From the NCBI GenBank assembly GCA_046260515.1, contig JBHEPB010000307.1, positions 1-49,131 of the forward strand: a stretch of 49,131 nt of DNA, in the 5' to 3' direction. Of the stretch, positions 18,325-29,717 are shown in pieces. A program made the position numbers and the translations under genes. Each line of letters opens with the position of its first letter. Position 1 is the stretch's first letter. This stretch comes from Candidatus Binatia bacterium. GTDB lineage: Bacteria > Desulfobacterota > Binatia > UBA1149 > CAITLU01. A model generated the notes under the pieces. That model worked only from the letters and a program-made list of their open reading frames with translations, was not told the origin of the DNA and ran no database searches.

Positions 18325-19230
18325 TCAGTTTGCCGCCACGCTCCGCAGGGGAACGCCGGTCGACAACCGTTCATGGACGGGGGTTGGGTCGGCCAAGTGG
18401 ATGTTGTCGATGAGCCGCACGGGGCCGAGCCATGCAGCTACCGCCATCACGCAGCGATCGTCGGCCACGGATGCGGCCCGGATCGTCTCGGGATCGACGA
18501 CTTCGAGATACTCGACGCGAAGCGCGCCGCAGCGATCGAGGACGGAAGAGGCCGCCGCTACCAGCGCCGCAGCATCACGCTCGCCGGCGCCGTAAGCGGC
18601 CGCCGCGGCGAGCAGGCCCGTGCGAACAACCGCCGCCGACTCGCGGTCGCCGGGCGCCAGCCGCGCGTTGCGCGAACTCATCGCCAGGCCGTCGCGCTCG
18701 CGCACGGTGTCACCCTCGACGATTCGGACGGGGAAATGCAGGTCGCGCACCATGCGCTTCACCACCTGCAGCTGCTGGAAATCTTTGCGCCCGAACACCG
18801 CGAAATCCGGCAGCACCATGTTCAGCAGGGCCGCGACCACCGTGGCCACGCCCTCGAAGTGCCCCGGCCGGTAGCGCCCGCAAAGCTCATCGGTAAGACC
18901 CGACACCGACACCCGCGACGCCGCTCCCGGCGGATACACTTCGTCGGCCGGCGGAAGGAAGAGCACGTCCACGCCCTCTTCCTCGAGCATGGCCGCGTCG
19001 GCGCCGTCGTCGCGGGGATAGTTCTCGAAGTCCTCGGCACTGTTGAACTGGGTGGGATTGACGAAGATCGAAACGACGACCACCTGAGCCGACTCGCGGG
19101 CCTGGCGCACCAGCGCGAGGTGCCCGTCGTGCAGGTAGCCCATGGTCGGCACGAAGCCGACCACCAGCCCGCCCGCGCGGGCCTGGCGGCTGATTTCCTG
19201 CATCTTGGCGATCGAGCGAACGATCTTCAT
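18325..19230 (-). CDS. panC: Pantoate--beta-alanine ligase
   Basis: GFVPTMGYLHDGH, SIFVNPTQF, RPGHFEGV, FGRKDFQQ, GLAMSSRN, RLIDN. Confidence 0.97.
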   Translation of the reverse strand: MKIVRSIAKMQEISRQARAGGLVVGFVPTMGYLHDGHLALVRQARESAQVVVVSIFVNPTQFNSAEDFENYPRDDGADAAMLEEEGVDVLFLPPADEVYPPGAASRVSVSGLTDELCGRYRPGHFEGVATVVAALLNMVLPDFAVFGRKDFQQLQVVKRMVRDLHFPVRIVEGDTVRERDGLAMSSRNARLAPGDRESAAVVRTGLLAAAAAYGAGERDAAALVAAASSVLDRCGALRVEYLEVVDPETIRAASVADDRCVMAVAAWLGPVRLIDNIHLADPTPVHERLSTGVPLRSVAAN

Positions 19231-19243
19231 GACGCCCCTCTGC

Positions 19244-20113
19244 TCAGGCTTCCTTCAGCAGGGGCACGGCGCGCGGCGTGGAGAACGAATGCGCGGCCGT
19301 CGGGAAGGCGCCGCGGCGCACCTCGCCGACGTAGCCCGCAAAAGCCTCGGTGGCCTGCTTGCCGAGCTCGGCGTAGCGCTTGACGAACTTGGGCGCGATG
19401 CGCTCCTCGAGGCCGAGCAGGTCGTGCATCACCAGCACCTGCCCGTCGCAGTCGGCACCGGCGCCGATGCCGATGGTCGGGATCGAAAGCGCCGCCGTGA
19501 TCTCGGCGCCCAGGTCGGCCGGCATTCCTTCCAGCACGATGGCGAAAGCGCCGGCTTCCTCGAGCGCAAGCGCGTCTTCGAGAAGGCGCTCGCGGCCGCC
19601 GGCCGCGCGGCCGCCGCGGCGGCCCTGGACCTTGTGGCCGCCCATGCGGTGCACGGACTGGGGAGTCAGCCCCACATGGCCCATCACGGGAATGTCGATG
19701 TCGGCCAGGCGCCGCACGGCTTCGGCCACGTGCACGCCGCCTTCGAGCTTGACCGCTTCGGCGCCGCCTTCTTTCAGGAGGCGGCCGGCGTTGGCGACGG
19801 CGGCTTCCACCGACACCTGGTAGGAGAGGAAGGGCATGTCGGCCACCACAAGGGCGCGGCGCCTTCCGCGCGAGACCATGCGCGTGTGGTAGACCATCTC
19901 GTCCATGGTCACGCCGAGGGTGTTCTCGCCGCCCTGCACGACCATGGCCAGCGAATCGCCCACCAGCAGCAGATCGGCGCCGCCGCGATCGGCCAGGCGC
20001 GCGAACGTGTAGTCGTAGGCCGTCACCATCGCGAGCTTGCGCTCGCCCTTGGCGGCGAGGACAGCCGGTACGGTTACCTTGGAATCTTCGAAGCTCGCAG
20101 CCCGCGTTGCCAT
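19244..20113 (-). CDS. panB: 3-methyl-2-oxobutanoate hydroxymethyltransferase
   Basis: [48 protein letters not shown]. Confidence 0.97.
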   Translation of the reverse strand: MATRAASFEDSKVTVPAVLAAKGERKLAMVTAYDYTFARLADRGGADLLLVGDSLAMVVQGGENTLGVTMDEMVYHTRMVSRGRRRALVVADMPFLSYQVSVEAAVANAGRLLKEGGAEAVKLEGGVHVAEAVRRLADIDIPVMGHVGLTPQSVHRMGGHKVQGRRGGRAAGGRERLLEDALALEEAGAFAIVLEGMPADLGAEITAALSIPTIGIGAGADCDGQVLVMHDLLGLEERIAPKFVKRYAELGKQATEAFAGYVGEVRRGAFPTAAHSFSTPRAVPLLKEA

Positions 20114-20215
20114 CGTCCGACCTCCCGTAAGGAGAAGGAGTGTCGGTAGCTGCGGCCCTCGCGAGGGACGGGCGCAGAAGGCCCGCCGTGCGTCTGCCGT
20201 TCCAACTTTCGACCT

Positions 20216-20304
20216 CCGTCTCGGTCCCGAGCGGCCCGGCGAGTTCCGGGCCCGCTCAGCAGGCGCCGCCGCCTAGGCGGTGACGCTCAACTGGATCCAA
20301 GCGG
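20216..20304 (-). promoter_or_regulatory. pan RNA motif-like stem (two bulged adenosines) upstream of panB
   Basis: CCG-CUUGG-A-UCC (20304-20293) pairs with GGA-CCGAG-A-CGG (20227-20216), one bulged A on each strand, directly 5' of panBCD. Confidence 0.7.
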
Positions 20305-20931
20305 CACGTAAACCTGGACTCCCTGTCCCATCGATCCGATCTCCCGAACGAGGTCGACCAGGTGGCCGCCATTTTCGACAAAGTCGATGTCCGAGCAACT
20401 GACGACGAGCAGCGGGGTGTCCCTGTAGCCGTGGAAGAACCTCCTGTAGGCTTCCGCGACCTTCTCCACATACGCCCGGCCGATCTTGCGTTCATACGGC
20501 CGGTCGCGCTTCTTCAGTCTTCTAAGCAGTACCTCGACCTGGGCATCCAGGAAAACGACGAGGTCCGGTTTTCGTATCCTGGCGTCCAGCAGCCCGTAGA
20601 TCCTCTCGTAGAGGGCGAGTTCGTCGGGCGCCAGGGTCAGCCCCGCGAAGATGCGGTCCTTCGCGAAGAGATAATCCGTCACCACCGACTGCTCGAACAG
20701 GTCCATCTGGACCAGTTCTTCCTGTTGGCGGTAGCGCTCCACCAGGAACGAGAGCTGGGCGGTCAGGGCGTAGCGCTCGGGCTCCTCGTAAAACCGCGGA
20801 AGAAACGGGTTTTCCTCCACCGGTTCGCCGACGAGCCTGGCCCCGTAGTGCTTGGCCAGGGCTCGCGACAGCGAGGACTTTCCGACACCGATGGCGCCCT
20901 CGACAGCGATATAGCGAGTTTCCTGCGGCAC
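20287..20931 (-). CDS. Deoxynucleoside kinase
   Basis: YIAVEGAIGVGKSSL P-loop, ENPFLPRFY, KDRIFA, PDLVVFL. GTG start chosen. Confidence 0.92.
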   Translation of the reverse strand: MPQETRYIAVEGAIGVGKSSLSRALAKHYGARLVGEPVEENPFLPRFYEEPERYALTAQLSFLVERYRQQEELVQMDLFEQSVVTDYLFAKDRIFAGLTLAPDELALYERIYGLLDARIRKPDLVVFLDAQVEVLLRRLKKRDRPYERKIGRAYVEKVAEAYRRFFHGYRDTPLLVVSCSDIDFVENGGHLVDLVREIGSMGQGVQVYVPLGSS

Positions 20932-21146
20932 CCTCTTTCCAAGCGACGGCCAGGCCGTCGCCGCTGCCCTCGCAGCGGCCAACCGCTGCGATCCTCGTTC
21001 CAGACGGGCCCCGGCTATCACGCAGGTGGAGTGGAGTCTACACGGCTCCCGATCGGGCACAGGACGCCCCGCCGGGCGGCGCGCGGCACTCGGACTCGCG
21101 CGCGACCCTGTGCTATTCTCCGCCGATACCAAAGGCGGCGGATGCG

Positions 21147-22328
21147 GTGAAAACAGCGGAAAAAGACGGGGCGGCGGTGGTGAACGGGAAGGCGGCGGAA
21201 ACGGCAAGGGCGCAGGCCGGCGGCGAGGCCCACCGCGGCGAAGCCGCCAAGGTTGCCCCCGGCGACATGCTCATCATCGGCCTGCCCGGCCCGGAACTGG
21301 ACGAGGAAGCCCTGGCCCTGCTCCGGGAGATCCGGCCCCTCGGCGTCATCCTGTTCCGCCGCAACATCGTCTCCACCGAACAGCTTCGCCGCCTCACGGC
21401 GGCCCTGCTCGAGGAAAGGCCGGACCTGCTGCTGGCCATCGACCACGAGGGTGGCCGCGTCCACCGCATGCCCGCCGACTTCACCCATTTCCCGCCCTCC
21501 CTGGTGATGGCCAGGAACGGCGACCCGGGGCTGCTGAAGGACGTGGCCAGGGCCCACGCCGCCGAGCTTCGCGAGGCCGGCTTCAACCTGACCTTCTCGC
21601 CGGTCCTCGACGTCCACACCAATCCGGACAACCCCATCATCGGCGACCGGGCCTTCGGGACCACGCCGGAGGAAGTCGTCCACAACGCCCTGCCTTATCT
21701 CCAGGGCCTCATCGAGGGCGGCATCCTGCCCTGCGGCAAGCACTTCCCCGCCCACGGCGACACGGCCCTGGACTCCCACCTGGCCCTGCCCGTCCTCCAC
21801 GCCGCCACCCACGACCTCCAGCGCCTGCGCAGCCTGGAGTTCCGCCCCTTCGCCCGCGCTATCTCCCAGGGCCTGCCGATGATCATGACGGCCCACGTGG
21901 TCTGCGAGGCCATCGACCCGGCCATGCCGGCCACGCTGAGCCCCCTGGCCATCGACGGCTGCCTGCGCCGCGACCTCGGCTTTGACGGCTACGTGATCTC
22001 CGACGACCTCGAGATGAAGGCCGTCGCCGACCACTTCCAGGTGGGCCGGGCGGCCGTGCTGTCCATCTTTGCGGGCTGCGACGGCTGCCTGGTCTGCGCC
22101 ACGCCGTCCCTCATCCGCGAGGCCCACGCCGCGCTCGCCGCGGCGATGGCCGACGGCGAGATCTCGGCCGCCCGCCTGGCCGAGGTGGCCCGCCGCCGCG
22201 ACAAGCTGCTGGCACGCTCGAAGCGCCTCGCGCGGGTGGAGACGGCGCCGGGCAGCATCGGTTCGAACGCGCACGCCGCCTTGAGCGCCAGGCTGCGCGG
22301 GGACGTCTCCGTTGTCGCCAAGGCTTGA
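21147..22328 (+). CDS. nagZ: Beta-N-acetylhexosaminidase (GH3)
   Basis: GVILFRRN, IDHEGGRV, IGDRAF, KHFPAHGDTALDSH, ISDDLEM. Start codon uncertain. Confidence 0.9.
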   Translation: MKTAEKDGAAVVNGKAAETARAQAGGEAHRGEAAKVAPGDMLIIGLPGPELDEEALALLREIRPLGVILFRRNIVSTEQLRRLTAALLEERPDLLLAIDHEGGRVHRMPADFTHFPPSLVMARNGDPGLLKDVARAHAAELREAGFNLTFSPVLDVHTNPDNPIIGDRAFGTTPEEVVHNALPYLQGLIEGGILPCGKHFPAHGDTALDSHLALPVLHAATHDLQRLRSLEFRPFARAISQGLPMIMTAHVVCEAIDPAMPATLSPLAIDGCLRRDLGFDGYVISDDLEMKAVADHFQVGRAAVLSIFAGCDGCLVCATPSLIREAHAALAAAMADGEISAARLAEVARRRDKLLARSKRLARVETAPGSIGSNAHAALSARLRGDVSVVAKA

Positions 22329-22356
22329 AGCGTTGGTGCTGCGCAGCCACGGGACG

Positions 22357-22914
22357 ATGCCCCGCCGCGCGGGTGCGGCGCGCCATGTCGGCACAGCGCT
22401 GGCGGTCGCCGCTTGCTGCTTCGCGGCGCCGGCGGCTCACGCGCAGGTCGGCAGCGGCGCGGAGCGCTACGAAGTCACCATCACTCCTCCGAAGAGACCG
22501 GGTAGCGAGGCGGCGCCGGCCGAGGTGGGTGATGCGCCTGCTGCCGAGGGCGCGGCGCCGACGCCGGCGGCCGATGGTGCCGCTCCACCGGTCGCGGTGG
22601 CGCCGGCCAGTCCCGCCGCGGGGATCAGCCTTCCTCCCGCCGATGCCGGAGCGGTGACGGCCAAGCCGGCCGCCAACCTTCCGATGCGCACGCTTCAGGT
22701 GGGCGCCTTCCGCCACCGCGGCAGCGCCAAAGAACTGCAGGGCGAGCTGGCCGCCGACTTTCCCGACGTGACGATGATCGAAGTGAAGTCGGGCGGCGAG
22801 CCTCTCTACCGCGTCAACGTCGGACGCCTGCCCAAGGGCAAGGCCCTCGACGAGCTGCGCGGCCGCCTGGCCGCGGCCGGCCACGCGTCCTTCGACGTAG
22901 AAGCGCCGCCGGCT

Positions 22915-22929
<15 letters not shown>
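22357..22929 (+). CDS. Secreted SPOR domain protein
   Basis: Signal peptide ending AHA, Pro/Ala linker, LQVGAF...LYRVNVG. Confidence 0.8.
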
Positions 22930-24040
<1,111 letters not shown>

Positions 24041-24054
<14 letters not shown>

Positions 24055-24958
24055 GCAGGCAATCCTCCAAACTTTTCTGGGGACGGAAACCGAGAAGGGC
24101 AGTTGCACGCGTGCCGTCCGCAAGCGTGCGCCAGCGAAGGTGCGCCCCGTCCATGGCCGCGGGTGCAACGCGGTCGGCCAGCGGCCCGGCCAGGGGCGGC
24201 GCGAAGACGCCGGCGGCGGCCAGCAGCCTCGAGAGCGGCACCACCTGGCGGCCCACCAGGTTAAGAACTTCGCCGCAGCGCTGGTCGATGGCGAGCACGA
24301 TGCCGCAGACGAGGTCGTCGTAGTGGATCACCTGGCAAGGCGGGTCGTAGCCGAGGACACGCACGGGAAAGGCCGCTTTCAGAAGGGCACCGAGGGGGCT
24401 GTCCACGGGGCCGCCGAGCACACTCGCGGTGCGCAGCACGCCCACGCGCACTCCGCTCGTCACCGCCCAGGTGACGAGGCGGCGCTCCACCGCACGCAGG
24501 CCCTCGGCCCAGCGCGCGTGAGCGGAAGCGAACACCGTTTCGCGCGGCAGGCGGCTGCGCTCATCGAAGACCAGGGGCGAGTCCACGGCCACGCCGTATA
24601 CAGCCGTGGACGACAGCATCAGCAGGGCCGGAGCGCTTGCGCCCCTTTCCACCGCGCGCTCGAGGGCGGAGACGATCACGTCGGCCAGCGCCGCGTCCGT
24701 CGCCCACGGCTCGGCCGGCGTGACCGGCGACCACGACAGGGCCAGCACCACGAGCGTCGACGGCTGCAGGTCGAGCAGCAGGTCGGCCAGCTCGCGCGCG
24801 CAGGAGGGAGAAGCAGGATCGAGGAGCTTGTCGCCGGCGGCGGCGGTGGTCGAGACGACCACGACGCGGCGATCGGCATCGGCGGCCACCATGGCGCGCA
24901 CGACATCGTGGGCCAGGGCGTCACGGCCGATCACGAGGATGGTTTCCCTGCCCGCCAC
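24041..24958 (-). CDS. NAD-dependent epimerase/dehydratase-like protein (degenerate)
   Basis: LSSTAVYG, VLRTASVLG, GYDPPCQVIHYDD, LGFRP. Canonical GxxGxxG and YxxxK not seen. Start uncertain. Confidence 0.7.
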
Positions 24959-24984
24959 GAGGGCGGCATAGCGCCACACCTTCG

Positions 24985-25013
24985 TTGACAAGTCGAGGAT
25001 GCCCCCCTAGCGT
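24985..25013 (+). promoter_or_regulatory. Sigma70-type promoter, probably giving a leaderless mRNA
   Basis: TTGACA-N17-TAGCGT, then 7 nt to ATG 25021. Confidence 0.7.
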
Positions 25014-25020
25014 CCCGCGC

Positions 25021-25461
25021 ATGGAATCCCAGTCGCACACCGAGGTGGTCCGGGCCCCCCTCGACCTCTGTTTCGACACGCTGGTCGACTTTGCGAAGTA
25101 CCCGGAGTGGTTCGGCGTGATCCGCTCGGCGCGCATCGAAGAGGCCGACGACGCGGCCGGCCGCTGGACCGTCCGCTACGAGCTGGACGCCATCCTGAAG
25201 ACCATCACCTACACGCTGGCCTACGACAGCGAGCGCCCCGGCCTGCTGACCTGGAAGATGACGACCGGGGACCTCAAAGCCATCGAGGGCCGCTACGACC
25301 TGGTCGAACTGGAGCCGGGCCTCGTGGAAGCGACCTGCACCCAGGCCATCGACGTCGGCCTGTGGGTTCCGGGCATCGTCCGCCGGGCCTTCGAGAGCAC
25401 GGCGGTGCGGGACTCGGTGCGCGAGTTCAAGCAGGCGGCGGAGGCGAAGGCGGGGGCCTGA
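25021..25461 (+). CDS. SRPBCC / polyketide cyclase-like (Coq10/RatA-like) protein
   Basis: CFDTLVDFAKYPEW, YTLAY, LTWKMTTGDLKAIEGRYDL. Confidence 0.82.
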   Translation: MESQSHTEVVRAPLDLCFDTLVDFAKYPEWFGVIRSARIEEADDAAGRWTVRYELDAILKTITYTLAYDSERPGLLTWKMTTGDLKAIEGRYDLVELEPGLVEATCTQAIDVGLWVPGIVRRAFESTAVRDSVREFKQAAEAKAGA

Positions 25462-25574
25462 CGGCCGCGGTCCGTCCCGCTCGTTTCCCGGTTTCTTTTC
25501 CCGGCCCGTTGGGCCGCCGGCCGCCCATTTCCGGCTCGCTTTCGTGGGCCCCGCCACAAGCCCCCTCCCAAACG

Positions 25575-25607
25575 AAAAACGCCGGCGCCCTTTCGGGCGA
25601 CCGGCGT
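25575..25607 (-). terminator. Intrinsic terminator after tRNA-Ala
   Basis: Minus strand ACGCCGG-T-CGCCC-GAAA-GGGCG-CCGGCGT-TTTT. Confidence 0.8.
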
Positions 25608-25631
25608 ATCTTGGCCGCGTACTGTCTTAGG

Positions 25632-25707
25632 TGGTGGAGACGAGCGGGATCGAACCGCCGACCTCCTGAATGCCATTCAGGCGCTCTCCCAGCTGAGCTA
25701 CGTCCCC
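25632..25707 (-). tRNA. tRNA-Ala (GGC)
   Basis: GGGGACGTAGCTCAGCTGGGAGAGCGCCTGAATGGCATTCAGGAGGTCGGCGGTTCGATCCCGCTCGTCTCCACCA. 76 nt, G3:U70, encoded CCA. Confidence 0.98.
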
Positions 25708-25724
25708 TCGAGCGCGGCGGGCGG

Positions 25725-25753
25725 ATACTAGACAGGACGGGCGTAGGGGACAA
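25725..25753 (-). promoter_or_regulatory. Sigma70-type promoter of tRNA-Ala
   Basis: TTGTCC-N17-TAGTAT. Confidence 0.6.
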
Positions 25754-25869
25754 CCGGCGGTGGGCCTTCGGACGGCCCCAAGCGATCCCCGCAGCCGCCG
25801 CCCCCGCGTGGACTGTCACGGGCTGCGCCCATAGACTCGGTCGCCCGCAAATTCCCGAAGGAGAGCCCG

Positions 25870-26487
25870 GTGCCCATTCTCGCCCTCGTCCGACACGGTC
25901 AGTCCCAATGGAACCTGGAAAACCGCTTCACCGGCTGGGTGGACGTCCCCCTCACCGACCTCGGCCTCACCGAGGCCCGCCGCGCCGGTGAGCTCCTGAA
26001 GGAGGCCGGCGCCGACTTCGACATCGCCTTCACCTCCGATCTTGTCCGCGCCCAGGAAACCCTGCGCATCATCCTCGAGGTGCTCGGCCGCAGCGACCTG
26101 CCCACCGAACGCGACAAGGCCCTGAACGAGCGCCACTACGGCGCCCTCCAGGGCCTCAACAAGGCCGAGACGGCCGCGAAGTACGGCAAGGACCAGGTGC
26201 ACATCTGGCGCCGCAGCTACGACGTGCCGCCGCCCGAAGGCGAGAGCTTGAAGGACACCGCCGCGCGCACGCTGCCCTACTTCGACGCGCGCATCCTTCC
26301 CGAGCTTCGCAAGGGCCGCAACGTGATCGTCGCCGCCCACGGCAACAGCCTCCGCTCCATCGTGATGCAGCTCGACAACCTGACGCGTGAGCAGGTGCTC
26401 GAACTCAACATCGATACCGGGGTGCCGCTGGTTTACGAGATGGCCGACGACGGCAAGGTGCTGTCGAAGAGAATCCTTCGGCCATGA
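25870..26487 (+). CDS. gpmA: 2,3-BPG-dependent phosphoglycerate mutase
   Basis: [43 protein letters not shown]. Confidence 0.96.
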   Translation: MPILALVRHGQSQWNLENRFTGWVDVPLTDLGLTEARRAGELLKEAGADFDIAFTSDLVRAQETLRIILEVLGRSDLPTERDKALNERHYGALQGLNKAETAAKYGKDQVHIWRRSYDVPPPEGESLKDTAARTLPYFDARILPELRKGRNVIVAAHGNSLRSIVMQLDNLTREQVLELNIDTGVPLVYEMADDGKVLSKRILRP

Positions 26488-27503
26488 CCCACACCCGCGC
26501 CATGGGCAAGATGGCCGTTGGCACGGCCATCGGCGCGCTCTGCCTGTGGATGGCGTTGCACAAGGTGGACCTGTCCGAGGTGGGCGCGGCCCTGCGCAGC
26601 TTCGACGGGCGCTGGGTGATCGCGGCCTTCCTCGTCAGCCTGGCCATCCAGCTGCTGCGCGCCCTGCGCTGGCAGGTCGAACTGACACCCCTGGCCCGCC
26701 TGCCCTACCCGCTGATGTGGCAGGTCGTGTCGGTGTCCTACATGCTCATCAACGTGCTTCCCTTCCGCCTCGGGGAGCCGGCCCGTCCCCTGCTCCTGTC
26801 GTGGAAGACGGGGCTGCCCATCCCGGCCATCGTCGGCAACTGGGTCTTCGAGAAGATGATGGACACGGCGGTGATGGTGCTGCTCGTGCACTGGACCCTG
26901 ATGATGGCGGACCTGCCGCCGTGGGCCCACCGCGCTTCGACCGGCAGCCTCGTCATGTTCTCGAGTCTTCTCCTGCTCGTGGTCGGCTTCTGGCTTCACG
27001 GCGAACGCTTCTACGATCGCACCCTGGCGCGCGTGCTGTCGGTGCATGCCGGCGAAAAGCTGCGCAAGATGCTGAGGGTGGCCCGCCAGGGGCTGCAGAT
27101 CCTTCCGGACCGCCGCCTGGTCGGCGCCGTCTTCGTCATCACGCTGGCGCTGTGGCTGCTGCCCATCCTGTCGAGTTGGCTGCTCATCCAGGCCTTCGGC
27201 TTCGACCTGCCGGTGGCGGCGGCCTTCGTGGTCTTCGTGTGCGTGGGCCTCGGCACGGCGCTGCCCAATCCGCCGGGCATGGTCGGCGTGTTCCAGATCG
27301 CTTCGGTGTACGCGCTGGGCGTTTACGACGTCCCCCAGCCCGAGGCGGTGGCCTACGGCATCGTGCTCAACGCCGTGCAGTTCTTCTCGCTGGTGCTCCA
27401 GGGCGTGCTGGCCATGCCGTGGATCGGCGTCGGGCTCGGCACCATTGCCAAAGCCGCGGTCGAGACTCCGCCGTCGGATTCCTGTCCGGCCTCGCCGCGC
27501 TGA
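26484..27503 (+). CDS. Lysylphosphatidylglycerol synthase TM / flippase-like membrane protein
   Basis: [35 protein letters not shown], multiple hydrophobic segments. Confidence 0.85.
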   Translation: MTHTRAMGKMAVGTAIGALCLWMALHKVDLSEVGAALRSFDGRWVIAAFLVSLAIQLLRALRWQVELTPLARLPYPLMWQVVSVSYMLINVLPFRLGEPARPLLLSWKTGLPIPAIVGNWVFEKMMDTAVMVLLVHWTLMMADLPPWAHRASTGSLVMFSSLLLLVVGFWLHGERFYDRTLARVLSVHAGEKLRKMLRVARQGLQILPDRRLVGAVFVITLALWLLPILSSWLLIQAFGFDLPVAAAFVVFVCVGLGTALPNPPGMVGVFQIASVYALGVYDVPQPEAVAYGIVLNAVQFFSLVLQGVLAMPWIGVGLGTIAKAAVETPPSDSCPASPR

Positions 27504-27507
27504 ACCC

Positions 27508-28821
27508 GTGGGAAGAACCAACCAGCCTTCCCTCTTCGGAGGCGAATCGTCCGGAGACGAAGGCAGCGCTGCGCCGCGCGCGGCGGGCGCCGCTCCTCGC
27601 GAACGCATCCCCTTGGCCGAGCGCCTGCGTCCTCGCAGCGTGGACGAGGTTGCCGGGCACGCCGCCCTGCTCGGGCCCGGAACTTTTCTCGGCGGGATGC
27701 TGAGGGGCACCTCGCCGCCGCGGTCGATGCTGCTGTGGGGACCTCCGGGCAGCGGCAAGACCACGCTGGCCCGCATGCTGGCGGGCAGCGCGGGCTACAC
27801 CTTCGTGTCGCTGTCGGCGGTGCTGGCCGGCGTGAAGGAACTGAGGGAAGTGCTCGGCGAAGCCCGCGATCGGCGGCGCCTGACCGGCAAGGGCACCATC
27901 CTGTTCGTCGATGAGATCCACCGCTTTCACAAGGGGCAGCAGGACGCCTTCCTTCCCCACGTGGAGAGCGGCGACATCGTCTTCGTGGGAGCGACCACCG
28001 AGAATCCTTCGTTCGAGATCAACGCTCCGCTGCTGTCGCGCTGCCGACTCGTGGTGCTCCAGACGCTTACCGATGACGATGTCGCGGCGGTGCTCGACCG
28101 CGCCATTGTCGATGTGGAGCGCGGCCTCGGTGGGCTCGGGCTGGAACTGGAGGCCGAGGCTCGGGGTTTTCTGGCGGCCATGGCCCAGGGCGATGCGCGC
28201 AGCGCGCTTGGCGCTCTGGAAGTTGCGGCGGACCTCGCGCAGGCGGCCGGCACCAAACGCATCGACCGCGAACGGGCGGCCGAAGCCCTGCAGCGTAAAG
28301 CCCTGCGCCACGACTCGACGGGAGAGGAGCACTTCAACGTCGTCTCCGCCTTCATCAAAAGCATGCGGGCGAGCGACGTGGACGCCAGCCTCTACTGGCT
28401 GGCGCGTTTGATCGAGGGCGGCGAGGATCCCCTCTTCATCGCGCGGCGCGTGGTGATCTTCGCCAGCGAGGACGTGGGCCTGGCCGACGCCGCCGCGCTA
28501 CCGCTGGCGATCGCCGCCCGCGATGCCGTGCACTTCGTGGGCATGCCCGAAGGACGCATCCCGCTGGCCCACGCCGTCGCCCACCTGGCGCGGGCCCCCA
28601 AGTCGAACCATGCCTACGTGGCCATCGACGCTGCCTTGGAAGAGGTGAGGACGAGCGGCGCCCTGCCCGTCCCCCTGCACCTGCGCAACGCGCCGACCGC
28701 GATGATGAAGAAGCTCGGCTACGGCCGCGGTTACTCCTACCCCCCCGACGCCGCCGACGGCGACAAGCCCCAGCCCTGCCTCCCCGAAGCCCTCCGAGGC
28801 CGCCGCTTCTTCCCAAAGTAG
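27508..28821 (+). CDS. rarA: Replication-associated recombination protein A (MgsA/RarA)
   Basis: PLAERLRP, WGPPGSGKTT, FVDEIHRF, GATTENPSF, SAFIKSMR, ASEDVGLAD, VPLHLRNAPT. Confidence 0.95.
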   Translation: MGRTNQPSLFGGESSGDEGSAAPRAAGAAPRERIPLAERLRPRSVDEVAGHAALLGPGTFLGGMLRGTSPPRSMLLWGPPGSGKTTLARMLAGSAGYTFVSLSAVLAGVKELREVLGEARDRRRLTGKGTILFVDEIHRFHKGQQDAFLPHVESGDIVFVGATTENPSFEINAPLLSRCRLVVLQTLTDDDVAAVLDRAIVDVERGLGGLGLELEAEARGFLAAMAQGDARSALGALEVAADLAQAAGTKRIDRERAAEALQRKALRHDSTGEEHFNVVSAFIKSMRASDVDASLYWLARLIEGGEDPLFIARRVVIFASEDVGLADAAALPLAIAARDAVHFVGMPEGRIPLAHAVAHLARAPKSNHAYVAIDAALEEVRTSGALPVPLHLRNAPTAMMKKLGYGRGYSYPPDAADGDKPQPCLPEALRGRRFFPK

Positions 28822-28905
28822 AAACCGGGGACAGGTACCGGTTGCGCTGCGTGCAACCGGTACCTGTCCCCGGTTTCCGAAAACCTGTACCTGTCCCGGG
28901 TTTTC
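28821..28905. repeat. Compound REP/REPIN-like element (perfect type B hairpin + lone type A arm)
   Basis: gaaaccggggacaggtaccggttgc (28821-28845) / gcaaccggtacctgtccccggtttc (28853-28877), then gaaaacctgtacctgtcccgggttttc (28879-28905). Confidence 0.92.
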
Positions 28906-29656
28906 AGAGGTCGGGGGGGTATTCGACGGCGACCAGGGCGAGGCCGGCGGCGGGGGCGGTGCGGCCGGCGCTCGCGCGTGAACCTCCGTCCAGGAGAGCG
29001 GCGAAGGTCGATTCGGGGAGGCGACCGAGGGCGACGTCCACCATGGAGCCGACGAGGGTGCGCACCATCTGCTTGAGGAAAGCGTTGGCGGTCACGCGAT
29101 AGGTGAGAACGGCGCCGTCTCGGGTCCAGGCGCTGGCCGAGACGAAGCGCCGCGTGCTGGCCGACGCGCAGTCCGCGGCGCGAAAGGCCGTGAAGTCGTG
29201 TTCCCCCACCAATGTCGCGGCCAGCGCGGCAAGCACCGTCATGTCCAGGGGATCGTGCACGTGCCAGCAGCGGTCGGCGAGGAAGGGCGACGGCGGCCGC
29301 CCGTTGACGATGGTGTACTCGTAGGAGCGCGACAGGGCGTGGCGCCGCGGATCGAAGGCGTCGTTGGCGCGCGCCAGGTCGGCCACGCAGATGCTCGCGT
29401 CGGTGAGCGCGTTGAGGGAGCGCTGGAGGCGTGCCAGGTCCGCGTCGTCGGCGACATCGAAGGCCATCACCTGGCCGCTGGCATGGACGCCGGCGTCGGT
29501 GCGGCCGGAGGCCGCCACGCGCACCGGAGCGCCGGTGACGATCGCGAGCGCCCTTTCGATTTCGCCCTGGACGGTGGGCTGCCCGGGCTGGAGCTGCCAG
29601 CCCGCCCACTTGGTGCCCAGGTACTCGACGGTTCCGCGTACGCGCATGGTTTGCAT
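28904..29656 (-). CDS. truA: tRNA pseudouridine(38-40) synthase
   Basis: GWQLQPGQPTVQ, SGRTDAGVHA, GEHDFTAF, NAFLKQMVR, TAPAAGL. Confidence 0.96.
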   Translation of the reverse strand: MQTMRVRGTVEYLGTKWAGWQLQPGQPTVQGEIERALAIVTGAPVRVAASGRTDAGVHASGQVMAFDVADDADLARLQRSLNALTDASICVADLARANDAFDPRRHALSRSYEYTIVNGRPPSPFLADRCWHVHDPLDMTVLAALAATLVGEHDFTAFRAADCASASTRRFVSASAWTRDGAVLTYRVTANAFLKQMVRTLVGSMVDVALGRLPESTFAALLDGGSRASAGRTAPAAGLALVAVEYPPDL

Positions 29657-29717
29657 CGCAAGAGGCGGGCAAGGGGCGGGCCAAAGGCAGGAATGCCCGC
29701 TTCCCGCCCCTCTCCGG

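Noticed and set aside
25462-25570. Pyrimidine-rich tract with repeated tttcc(c)gg after the SRPBCC gene
   Set aside because: It could be a rut-like site, but it is short, low in complexity and not distinguishable from background.
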